Origin: Bdellovibrionota bacterium
GTDB lineage: Bacteria > Bdellovibrionota_C > UBA2361 > JBGSMV01
NCBI GenBank assembly: GCA_041739995.1
Contig: JBGSMV010000047.1
Span: 64,001-128,000 of the forward strand
DNA: 64,000 bases
Direction of reading: 5' to 3'
The first letter of the stretch is position 1. Each line of letters begins with the position of its first letter. The translations under genes were made by a program, and so were the position numbers. This document shows positions 37,640-47,600 of this stretch, piece by piece. The notes below the pieces were generated by a model. That model was not told the DNA's origin and did not search any database. It saw only the letters and a program-made list of their open reading frames with translations.

Positions 37640-38530
37640 CTACGATACCTCAACAGACTTAGGTGTCTGTCGACGCCGCTCCCTCAAAATCAGTCCTCCG
37701 ATCAGACCCCCTAACAGGATGAGAGTGAGTACCCCTCCGATTCTAAGCGCTCCGGTCATCACCCAGGTATACTTGCCCTTAAGCGGATCGAATCGAAAAC
37801 AGTACAGCATTACATGGTCAAGCGCTGTCCCTATTTTTCCTTCTGAGGCCTCGACCAGAGCAAGTCTTGTATCAAAAGGGTGGAACTCTATTCCTGTGAA
37901 ATACTGAGAAACCCTCCCCGATGGGGTCACGAGAATCAGCCCTGCACTGTGAGCGAAATCCTCTCCATCAGGAAGGTACTTGAAGCCAACATCTTTAGTC
38001 AGCTGGTTAATTGACTCCCCCTGGCCTACTAAAAAATGAAAGCTGGAACGCTGTTCTGAAGTAAGGCCTGCTAGATCTGCGTAACGTAGCTTGGCTGCAG
38101 CCGCATCCTCTACGGTTTCGGTGGGAGAAATGCTGAATACGATAACCTGAAAGTCACTACCCAGAGAGAGTGTCAGGTCTTTCAATAACGAAGTGAAGCC
38201 TCCCATCAAGAGGCCGCAAAGACGTGGACATTTGTAATAAACGGGAACGATGATGGATGGTCGACCGGAAGTACCAATCAGGTCACCAAGTGTGAGGGCA
38301 GTCCCTTCGGCCGATATAAACGGAAGAGTGAGACTAAGCTCGGCGCCTAACTCAGGGGAAATGCCAATTTCTGACAGGCGATCAGCAGGCTCCTCGATAG
38401 CTGATCCTGGTGTGGAAACTAATGCAGCCCCAAAAAGCAGCACTACTAATAGGAATGCCTCTCTAAGGGCTCGACGATTCAACTTTATCGTCTTGAAGAG
38501 GCGGGCGGGGAGAGAAGGGAAAGATCTCAT
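37640..38530 (-). CDS. SCO1/SenC family copper chaperone
   Basis: YYKCPRLC (CxxxC), FAH His ligand, C-terminal TM segment. Upstream of the cox operon. Confidence 0.92.
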   Translation of the reverse strand: MRSFPSLPARLFKTIKLNRRALREAFLLVVLLFGAALVSTPGSAIEEPADRLSEIGISPELGAELSLTLPFISAEGTALTLGDLIGTSGRPSIIVPVYYKCPRLCGLLMGGFTSLLKDLTLSLGSDFQVIVFSISPTETVEDAAAAKLRYADLAGLTSEQRSSFHFLVGQGESINQLTKDVGFKYLPDGEDFAHSAGLILVTPSGRVSQYFTGIEFHPFDTRLALVEASEGKIGTALDHVMLYCFRFDPLKGKYTWVMTGALRIGGVLTLILLGGLIGGLILRERRRQTPKSVEVS

Positions 38531-38761
38531 TTAGGCAATATAACCTGAAATCAGAGGAGCGAAATGACACCCTGCTTCCCAAAGCTTACCTCGGTGGCAA
38601 ATTAGGTTGGAAGCTCTGGCTCGAAGAAATCGGGTTGAAGCAATTGAAATGATGTTCCTTTTCCTTTGCTTCGCAATCTTGAACAAAAACTTCACATATA
38701 TGCGAAAGTTTGGTATACAGAATTTTCCCTTTTCAAGGCTAACATTTGCTTGGAGTTCTAA

Positions 38762-39169
38762 ATGAGCGGAGACGTGTGGAAGCAGTTCGAAGAGAATAAA
38801 ATTACCCATAGCGCCGCGCATCACCTGCTTGCAGTGCTTGAACTACGCGAGATGCGAGGCTACGCCCGCGTAACAGATGTGGCCAAACATCTAAACATTA
38901 CCACCGGCAGCGCCTCGACCAATCTCAAGGGTCTCAAAACTAAAGGTCTTCTGGTTGAGGACGACAATCGATTTCTTACGCTTTCGCCCGAGGGTGAATC
39001 CTTAGTTAAGGCCGTGCTCTCTCGCAAAAAGGTTTTTCAAAGATTTCTACTTGAGGTCTTGCACGTCTCTGCTGAGCAGGCGGAAATTGACGCATGTAAA
39101 ACTGAGCATTTGATTAGCGGAGAGACCGCTAAAAAGATGGAAAAGTTTATTGAGTCCCTCCAAAAATAG
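38762..39169 (+). CDS. DtxR/MntR family metal-dependent transcriptional regulator
   Basis: GYARVTDVAKHL winged HTH and AEIDACKTEHLIS dimerisation/metal motif. Confidence 0.9.
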   Translation: MSGDVWKQFEENKITHSAAHHLLAVLELREMRGYARVTDVAKHLNITTGSASTNLKGLKTKGLLVEDDNRFLTLSPEGESLVKAVLSRKKVFQRFLLEVLHVSAEQAEIDACKTEHLISGETAKKMEKFIESLQK

Positions 39170-39222
39170 GCTTCCCCCGATAATTGTCTATTCCTTTCCC
39201 TCTATTTTTTGAGAATTAAAAA

Positions 39223-39657
39223 GTGAAAAAGAGCGATCTCCAAGCGGCAATCAAGCAAGCGATGAAAGATAAGGACAAGATCAGGCTCGAAACTATTCGA
39301 GGCGTTCTCAGCGCAGTCCAATACGAAGAGATGGAGAAAAAGACCGAGGAGCTTCCTCCTGAAGCAATGATAACCGTGCTGCAGCGAGAGCTTAAGCGAC
39401 GCCGAGAAGAGCTTGAGTTTGCACAACAAGCAGGGCGCCCTGAGTTGCTAGAAAAACTTAATACTGAGATTTCAGTTCTTGAGGGCTTTCTCCCCCAACA
39501 ACTCGCGCCGGAACAAATAGAAAAGATTGTCTCTGATCTACGATCATCTTCTCCGGCTTTAAATCTAGGCGGGGCGATGAAACACCTTAAAGACCAATAT
39601 AGCGGTCAGTACGATTCAAAGGTTGCGAGTGACGTTTGCAGAAAGATATTTGGATAG
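39223..39657 (+). CDS. GatB/YqeY domain protein
   Basis: AMKDKDKIRLETIR, ELKRRRE, FLPQQL, GGAMK. Confidence 0.92.
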   Translation: MKKSDLQAAIKQAMKDKDKIRLETIRGVLSAVQYEEMEKKTEELPPEAMITVLQRELKRRREELEFAQQAGRPELLEKLNTEISVLEGFLPQQLAPEQIEKIVSDLRSSSPALNLGGAMKHLKDQYSGQYDSKVASDVCRKIFG

Positions 39658-39710
39658 GCATCGAGACTTCAGAGCTTAAAATACTCTAATGGTTCTCGCG
39701 TGAGCTGCAC

Positions 39711-40634
39711 ATGCACATCATAGTTTCTGGATCGTCTGGGTTAATCGGTTCGGCACTGGTTCCCCATCTTCGGGCAACCAATCATAAAGTAAGCACTCTT
39801 GTACGAGTAGCCGCTTCTAGTAGCGAGGAGATCTGCTGGGACCCCAATACGCGTGTGCAGTTCCCGGTTCTTACCGGCGTCGACGCGGTAGTGCATTTAG
39901 CTGGAGAAAGCATTGCACAGGGCCGCTGGACCAAGGAAAAGAAACAGCGCATTCGAGATAGTCGCATGCGCGGAACCACCACTTTGTGCGAAGGGTTACT
40001 GTCTCTCACTCCACGCCCAAAAGTTCTTGTGTGCGCTTCTGCGATAGGTATTTATGGATCTCGCGGTGATGAGGAGCTCGATGAAGCTTCTGCCCCTGGA
40101 ACAGGATTCCTGGCCGATGTTGCCTCAGAGTGGGAGCAGGCAACCGAAATTGCAAAGGCGGCCGGGATCCGAGTGGTGAACCTGCGTCTCGGTGTGGTGC
40201 TCTCGCCCAAAGGCGGAGCGCTACAGAAAATGCTCTTGCCCTTCTCACTTGGCTTAGGCGGGACCCTCGGCAGAGGCAACCAGTGGATGAGCTGGATCAG
40301 TCTAGTCGATGTACTTGGGCTGATTGATCATGCACTTCAAGTGGAATCTTTGTCGGGGCCATTGAACGCAGTAGCCCCGCACCCAGTAACAAACAGAGAT
40401 TTCACTCGCACGCTTGGGCAAGTACTTTGCCGCCCGACACCCTTTCCCATTCCGGTCACACTTTTGCGGCTGATATTCGGCGAGTTTGCGGACGAGGCGC
40501 TTTTGTCGAGCACTCGAGCACTTCCCCGAAAAGCGCTTACCTCTGGGTACTCTTTTACCGGTGAGACTCTCGAGGAAGCCCTTAGACTTCTTCTAGGCAG
40601 GCCCTTACCAAAGAGTCAGAAAGTCGGCGGTTAA
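39711..40634 (+). CDS. TIGR01777 family NAD-dependent epimerase
   Basis: SGSSGLIG, HLAGESI..RWT, ASAIGIYG, GNQWMSWI. Confidence 0.95.
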   Translation: MHIIVSGSSGLIGSALVPHLRATNHKVSTLVRVAASSSEEICWDPNTRVQFPVLTGVDAVVHLAGESIAQGRWTKEKKQRIRDSRMRGTTTLCEGLLSLTPRPKVLVCASAIGIYGSRGDEELDEASAPGTGFLADVASEWEQATEIAKAAGIRVVNLRLGVVLSPKGGALQKMLLPFSLGLGGTLGRGNQWMSWISLVDVLGLIDHALQVESLSGPLNAVAPHPVTNRDFTRTLGQVLCRPTPFPIPVTLLRLIFGEFADEALLSSTRALPRKALTSGYSFTGETLEEALRLLLGRPLPKSQKVGG

Positions 40635-40737
40635 CTCTGGTCGTGATGCTACCTTTTCCAATATCAGATCTGTCCTTTCACTGATTTGGCCACTGCTTTG
40701 AATTTGAAGCATGTGCAGACCTAATTAAGAGCGCCCC

Positions 40738-41424
40738 ATGGCAAGTTTCGTGATGCGCGATCAATCAATTGTTACGAGTCCGAGAAGGCAACCGATCGCG
40801 GATGGCCCTGCCGACTTCCTAAAGCTAACTTTTCCGGATTGTGCCGAGAGACGGAACAACGAGAAAGAACTAACTTCGATTGCGATTGGTCGTCGAGAGC
40901 TTCGAAAAAAAATTCTCTCAAGCGAATCATTTAGGCGCTCATTTCGAAAGTTGCCGCTCGAAGTTCAAGATATCTACGTCAAGAGAGGGTGGCTCTTCTG
41001 GGGGCAAGGAGGCCTCGGCGAATGTATGAGTGCTCGTGTTTATGTGTCGGACGTGAAGACCTTTGGGCAAGCGCGTGGGGCGATGTTTGGAAAGTCGCTG
41101 AGCGAGTCCTTGAGAGGGACGGTGGAGCGCTTTGAATCGCTTGCCTTTTGGGCACAAACAACAGTGATCGTCGGAACCATGGGTGCAATCCTTGGAACAC
41201 TTGGCTTACTGGCACGCGCAGCACATCGCACAATGCAAAGTTACTCAGAGAGCCTTGAAGCAGCCTCAAGTTCTGAAGAAGGATTAGATCGCGCTATTCG
41301 CGCGCGCTCAGGTCGGGCCGGCGAAGCCCAAGAGACCGCCGCAAGCGCACGCCGAGCACAGAGGGGAAGCCAAGGAGCTCCACAGCCTCCAGAAACTACT
41401 GGAGAGCCCGACGGAAAGCCTTAA
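40738..41424 (+). CDS. Hypothetical membrane protein
   Basis: 228-aa ORF with one TM segment (FWAQTTVIVG..LLA). Confidence 0.55.
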   Translation: MASFVMRDQSIVTSPRRQPIADGPADFLKLTFPDCAERRNNEKELTSIAIGRRELRKKILSSESFRRSFRKLPLEVQDIYVKRGWLFWGQGGLGECMSARVYVSDVKTFGQARGAMFGKSLSESLRGTVERFESLAFWAQTTVIVGTMGAILGTLGLLARAAHRTMQSYSESLEAASSSEEGLDRAIRARSGRAGEAQETAASARRAQRGSQGAPQPPETTGEPDGKP

Positions 41425-41499
41425 AGCCCTCTCCTCGATGCCAATCTCACAGGAGGTCCCATGACAGCTGAGATCTGAATTTAATAGGTCGCCTCACGT

Positions 41500-42864
41500 T
41501 TATGAGGCGGCGCGCTTGAGTGCTGCTACGGGAACATGAATGTTAATATCCACGGGCACAAGACTCCCCGATCGAGTTCCTCCAAAAATACTCATTACCA
41601 TTGCATCCCGCAGCAAGGTGGTCCGACCCACTAGAGATTGCTGCTGATTTGCCGCGCGCTTAGTCCGCTGGCCAATTTCAAAATATTTTAGAAATTCGGC
41701 GGCGTCACCAACGGAATCCCAACGCGTTCGCCACAACACATCAAAACTTCCATTCTTTTGCACTCTCAGTTCGACACGATCACCTCCCCATCCAGCAGCA
41801 GCAGCAACCGCATCTGAACCGGCCGCCCCTAACTCTCGAAGCAACACTCGAATAGCAAACTCTCCTACGACATCGGTAAACACCACGGGGTCATCACGAT
41901 CGTTACTGACCGATGCAGCAGGGTTTTCATAATCGCTCTTGTTCTGCTGATACTTTAAGGGATGAAGCACCTCCTCAGTGCTCATGGGTGGGCGAGAAAA
42001 GACAGAGTTCACGGACGCATAGGTAGAACCCTCAAGTATACTCAACACGAACGGAGCTCCGGCATGATAGGGAAACTGCACGAGCTGCTGAAGCGCCTCA
42101 GGAGTATCAACAGAGAACGGCGCACTAAAATCCCCGGCTAACTCTTTGAGCACCGCCAGGCGTCTTGCAGTCAAGGGTGGCTTCCCTACGGCGCGCTCTT
42201 CAGCGTCTTTGGCGATCAGCGTCGCCTCACCTTCAACCAGAGCCATGCGCGCGAGCACTTCATCATTCGAGAGCGCCTTAAAATCTACAAAGGTCTCAAG
42301 ATTAAAGCGTTGATCTTGTAAGGCGTGAGTAAGCTCGTGGATAGCGATCCCTTTAAGAGATTCAAAACTTGTCCAATCAGCAATGGTAAAGGCGCGTGTG
42401 TCTGGATCGTAGAAACCGCCTAATGATGTCTCATAGACGCGCAACACTGCGGCCTCATAGTCCAAGTTCGCGGGAAACATGCCAAGGGCTTTACAAACGA
42501 TGCCCTCGAACTTCAGTTGGTCAGGGGGGAGCTCGCTTTCGATTCTTCGGCGCACATATTCCCCGATCTGGGTGCGCGACTTTACCTCACAGACAACATC
42601 CTCTGAAAATTGTTCCCCTCGCACTTCCTCAACCATATGTTGAGCAGCAAGCGCCAAGTCACAGCGCATTTGATGGTTGGCATCTAAAATCTCGGGCCCC
42701 TCGCTCTCCGCACCCGCAAGTGGGACTACTGCACACATGGAGAAAATGGCGGAAAGAAGCGCAACCAATGCGACACTGCGATTAATCGCGCGCAGCCGAG
42801 GCTTCAGGATTCTGAATCCAGGAAAAAACGGTTCGCTTATCATCATCATCGGCCTTTTCCACAT
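41500..42864 (-). CDS. Secreted zincin-like metallopeptidase (HExxH)
   Basis: GGFYDP, IHELTHALQDQ, ALVEGEA, FPY..G, STEEVLHP, GWGGD. True start is probably downstream of 42864. Confidence 0.82.
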   Translation of the reverse strand: MWKRPMMMISEPFFPGFRILKPRLRAINRSVALVALLSAIFSMCAVVPLAGAESEGPEILDANHQMRCDLALAAQHMVEEVRGEQFSEDVVCEVKSRTQIGEYVRRRIESELPPDQLKFEGIVCKALGMFPANLDYEAAVLRVYETSLGGFYDPDTRAFTIADWTSFESLKGIAIHELTHALQDQRFNLETFVDFKALSNDEVLARMALVEGEATLIAKDAEERAVGKPPLTARRLAVLKELAGDFSAPFSVDTPEALQQLVQFPYHAGAPFVLSILEGSTYASVNSVFSRPPMSTEEVLHPLKYQQNKSDYENPAASVSNDRDDPVVFTDVVGEFAIRVLLRELGAAGSDAVAAAAGWGGDRVELRVQKNGSFDVLWRTRWDSVGDAAEFLKYFEIGQRTKRAANQQQSLVGRTTLLRDAMVMSIFGGTRSGSLVPVDINIHVPVAALKRAAS

Positions 42865-43993
42865 AGAGCGATCTCATAGCGGAATCAGGCACGACCGCCT
42901 TGTGAATAAAGTAGGTATTTCGTTTTGTAATTCCAGGAAAACACATGGAGGGCTCGATTCGGGTAGAAATTGCTGTGTGAATTGCCTCGACTGGAACATG
43001 GATACTGAGCTCCTCTCCCAAAAGCCGCTTTACGGTTTCGGCAGGGCTCTCCTCCGGACGCATTTTTTCGGCCGGTAGCCCTCCTAGACTTCGTCGGTAC
43101 CGAACTCTACCTTCTGGGGAATCTTGAGTCGGCGCAAACTCTTGATGGTCCTCCAATAAACGCTGCATTCCATCAGGGCTTTCGAGCCACAAGAGCACCA
43201 CGCGGTTTTCAAGGTATACCTGGTCTTGCTCGAAGGTAAGAACTCCCTCTCCGCTCGCAATCTCTTTCACCAGATCGGGGAAGCCCTTCGCTTCGCCACT
43301 ACCCCAGGAGCGCATATCTACTCCTCGGTGTTCAAGCCAACCCTTGAGCGCAATACCAAGATTGCCCCGATCTAGCCCAGAAGCACTCGGTGCGGCATCA
43401 TCAATCGAGAACTTCTCGATTCGCGGAAGAAAACGCTCGCTCTCGAGCAGTCCTGTTCTCGCCAGTGCCTGGAGATGGTGGACGACCCTTCTAAATGTCC
43501 CATTGGAGGAAGCCTCCGGTCCCTGAAGCGCCTCGGCCGCTTCCGCCAATTCCATCACCGCAGCCCCCCTCTTTACATCAGAGGCCGCCATCGGAACCCG
43601 AAACACATCGATGATGTCCAGAGAGGACTCACCGTTCAAGGAAGCATTTACACGCTGCAGCGAAAGAATTTCGGGAGGATTAGTATTGTCCTCATATGCG
43701 CCCTCAACTGGTGGGCGATATAATGTGACCAAATAGTGGCCCCCTTTGGGCCCCCTCACTTCGAACCCCTCCACCGTCCCGTTGTAGACATCAACCGAGG
43801 GGGGGGCGCCGACCCCGCTCGATATATCGGCGAGCGATAACTGAAGAACTTCTGCGTTTCGCTCTGGCGCTTTCAGTGCAACCAGATCGAGCTCGCTCAC
43901 ATTGCTCAAAAATGAAGCAGGATCCTGATGGGAATCAGGAAGGGTGCGGGGGGTGATCGTTTTGGGACGTTCTCTAACTTCTGGGGACGTCAT
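42782..43993 (-). CDS. Hypothetical protein with a C-terminal Nudix-like domain
   Basis: WGSGEAK..DLVKEI..GE and AEKMRPEESPAETVKRLLGEEL (a degenerate Nudix box). Confidence 0.7.
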   Translation of the reverse strand: MTSPEVRERPKTITPRTLPDSHQDPASFLSNVSELDLVALKAPERNAEVLQLSLADISSGVGAPPSVDVYNGTVEGFEVRGPKGGHYLVTLYRPPVEGAYEDNTNPPEILSLQRVNASLNGESSLDIIDVFRVPMAASDVKRGAAVMELAEAAEALQGPEASSNGTFRRVVHHLQALARTGLLESERFLPRIEKFSIDDAAPSASGLDRGNLGIALKGWLEHRGVDMRSWGSGEAKGFPDLVKEIASGEGVLTFEQDQVYLENRVVLLWLESPDGMQRLLEDHQEFAPTQDSPEGRVRYRRSLGGLPAEKMRPEESPAETVKRLLGEELSIHVPVEAIHTAISTRIEPSMCFPGITKRNTYFIHKAVVPDSAMRSLYVEKADDDDKRTVFSWIQNPEASAARD

Positions 43994-44424
43994 TACTACG
44001 CCTTAAAAGACCCCGTTAAAGGACCCAGCAGAGGTACGTCAGCTCAAAAAAGTGGAAAACGCTAAGTGCTTAAATTTCCGAAGTAAAAAGCCGCATGTCG
44101 CAGCAAGCCTCAGAAAAAACAGCGACATTCTTAAAACAGTAGCAGCAACCTAAACTGACTTTAGCCTGACGGCACCTAGAACAAGCAACCTTCACCACAA
44201 GCTGACTCTCTTACCGAATCTTCAGCAGACATGAACCCCGACTCAACGGAGCTCTGCTCTACCCAATACGGAGCAGTTCAGGCTTGCGATGCAGCAACTC
44301 GCCAAGGCGATTCACTTCCACCGATCAATTCCTAGTTAAATGAATTTCGACTCCTTATCAATAGGTTATCTCAACAAAAACCTCTGTCCCGGCAGTGTCG
44401 TAAAGGGACTATTTCACGAGCGTG

Positions 44425-44567
44425 CTAGTATTCTGAGTTAAGAGTTCGATGAATAATTCTCGCCGAGCTCGCTGCTCTCTTTGTGAGCATATTTAATGAA
44501 TTGTACAATGAGTTCAGCGAGCACAGCGAGAAAAATACTTAAATGAACTTCTGACTCAGCACACTAG
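44425..44567. mobile_element. MITE family 1, copy 3
   Basis: CTAGTATTCTGAGT...ACTCAGCACACTAG, ending 42 bp before the uvrA ATG. Confidence 0.9.
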
Positions 44568-44609
44568 ATTCGTTCCTATGGCCGAAAATTGTCACTATGA
44601 TTCCCTGCA

Positions 44610-47600
44610 ATGGGAGTTGAGAAAAAAACACTGCGGGTCGAGGGCGCTAGAGAGAACAATCTTAAACAGATAACGCTCTCGGTCCCTCATGATCAGCTGA
44701 CGGTAGTTACCGGCCTCTCCGGATCGGGAAAGTCTTCGCTTGCCTTCGACACCATCTATGCCGAAGGACAGCGGCGCTACATAGAGACGTTCTCTCCTTA
44801 CACGCGCCAGTTTTTCGACAAAGTTAAGAAGCCTGACGTTGACGCAATTCATGGCGTGCGGCCCGCCGTTGCTATCCAACAACGAACGAGGATCACAAGC
44901 TCCCGTTCGACTGTCGGGTCAATGACTGACATCAATGACTACCTAAAAGTACTATGGGCCAATCTCGCCACTCCAGTATGCAGCTCCTGCGGCATAGAAC
45001 TACGCCGATACCGCCCAAGAGAACTGGCCACACTACTGACAGAATGGTTGCACATACGCCCTCACTCAACCTTCTTGATTTGTGGTGCGATTTCCTTGAG
45101 CCCCGCAGAAAGCAGAGTTTCTCCACCAAGGAAAACTGGTGCTTCAAAGAAAGCTAAAAAGACTTCGGCGCCTAAGCGCCTTGGGACGGACATCTCCCCC
45201 CTTCAGGTCTGTACTGAACTTTCGGCACTCGGATTTTCGCGAGTCTTTGACCCTAGATCTGCGAACACTCTTCAGCTCGACGAAATCTCGGAGATGCCCG
45301 TCAATGAAGCGCAACGAGCACTTCTGGTGCTCGACCGAGTACGAGCAGGAAGCGCGAAGAGCCCTGCCCTCACCAAGCGTCTCACTGAATCGATTGACCA
45401 GTCTTACTCCCTCGCAACTCATAAACTCCCTAGTGGCGCGCGTGGCCTCGAACTCTGTTGCATTGTTGAAATTAACGATGAACCCCTCACCCACCGCCCA
45501 TTTCTCACAGTATTAAATGGCCCTAAGCAGGAGAACCAGAAGCCGGCTCCCTTCCGCTTACACGAGTTTGCCCCTGTGTTCCGTTGCGAGAGAGGATCTT
45601 TTCAAATCGCACCATCTCGCCCCAGCCTCTTTTCGTTCAATAATCCAGTAGGTGCCTGCCCTGACTGCAAGGGCTTTGGAAAGGCGCTCACCGTCGATCG
45701 CTCCTTGTGCGTTCCAAATCCCAACCTCTCACTGAAAGAAAAGGCAATTCAATGTTGGGCGGGACCAGGTGCCCGCATCGAACTCAAAGAACTGCTTAAA
45801 TTCTGCCAAGTGGAAAACATTCCAGTCGATGTTCCATGGAAACTTCTAAGTGACTTAGACAAAGAGAAGATCTTCACCACGAAGAACAAAGACTTTTGGG
45901 GTATTCTGCCCTGGTTCAAATGGGTTGAGCGCAAAACCTACAAGATGCACGTGCGGGTTTTTCTCTCGAAGTACCGCACGCAGGTGCCCTGCCTGACTTG
46001 CGAAGGTACTCGCTTAAAGCCAGAAGCACTTGCCTATAAGCTCAAAGGGAAGAATATTCATGAGATCTGGAATCTTCCCATCGCGCAGGTAGTTAAATTC
46101 GTTCGCAGCCTGCAAGAGGATTCAGCAAGCCTTTCCAATGTTCCTCGTGCGTTAAAAGATCTTTTTGAAGCGCTACTCGCACGACTAAGTTTCTTGGATG
46201 ACCTTGGACTGTCGTACCTTACTCTAGAAAGACAAGCACGCACGCTCTCTGGCGGAGAAACTCAAAGAGTTAATCTGGCTACTGCTCTAGGTAGCGAGCT
46301 GGTCTCAACCCAATTTGTGCTTGATGAACCGTCTGTGGGACTCCATGCCAGAGACAGCGCTCGACTGATTCGTGCAGTTCGCTCACTGGCCGATCGCGGC
46401 AATAGCGTCCTAGTGGTTGAACACGACTTAGAGTTCATTCGCTCTGCTGATCACATCATCGAACTCGGCCCAAGAGCTGGCGCAGAGGGCGGCAGTGTCG
46501 TCTTTGCCGGAGAGCTGCAGGATTGGAGCGGCATCAAAGTCTCGCTTCCTCACATGGCAAGCCCTGATGCCTTTCGATCTCAACCACGAACAAACTTGAG
46601 CTTTAAGAATGCTACCGCACGAAACCTAAAAGGCCTCTCGGGTGAGATACCTCTACAGTCCTTTGTCTGTCTGACTGGCGTCTCCGGAAGTGGAAAAAGC
46701 TCCTTGGTAAGTGAGGTAATCGTCAAATCATACGAGCGACACAAGCTCGGGATTGTTGAGGAGTCCAATCCGGGTGACTGCCAGGGCTTTGAACACCTCG
46801 ATCAAGTGCTCGTCATTGATCAAGCGCCGCTTGCGAAAAGCCCGCGCGCTAACATCGCCACCTATTCCGGAATCTGGGACTCGGTGCGCGATCTTCTCGC
46901 CGCAACCGATAGCGCTAAATCTTTCGCCTTAAGCAAGTCCTCTTTCTCTTTTAACGTCGACGCGGGTCGTTGTCCTGAATGCAGTGGCGTCGGATTTATT
47001 CGAGAGGACATGCAGTTCCTCAGTGACGTGTACGTGCCCTGTGAACTCTGTCTTGGTAAGCGCTTTCAGCAAACAGTTCTTGATGTGCAATACAGTGGCA
47101 AGAATGTGAGCGAGATCTTGGGTCTCAGCATAGAGCAGTGTAAATCTTTCTTTTCTTCCGGCTCCACTATTGTTTCGGCCGCATCTATACTTTGCGATCT
47201 CGGACTCGGACATTTGACCTTAGGGCATCCTTTAAGTGAGCTATCAGGAGGCGAAGCGCAACGATTAAAGCTCGTACCCGTTATCGAAGCCTCTCGACGC
47301 GCCCATCTTCCAAGCTCAAAGGGCACACTTCTGATCTTTGATGAACCAACCACTGGACTCCATCAGCACGACGTTGAACGTCTGATTTCTGTTTTCTCGC
47401 TGCTACGCTCACAGGGTCACTCGATTCTGTGCATTGAGCATAATCTCAGTCTAATTGCCTCAGCTGATTGGCTTATCGATCTGGGCCCAGAAGGTGGGGA
47501 GCTTGGGGGCCAGATCGTAGCCACTGGTACTCCTGCAGAATTTCTCTCCGATCCGATTCTTTCACGCTCTTACACGGCTCAGTATCTCAAGTCATTTTTG

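Noticed and set aside
43994..44424. Possible ncRNA or small gene upstream of uvrA
   Set aside because: One modest hairpin (about 44250-44280) and no ORF or family consensus. It is consistent with a divergent promoter region.
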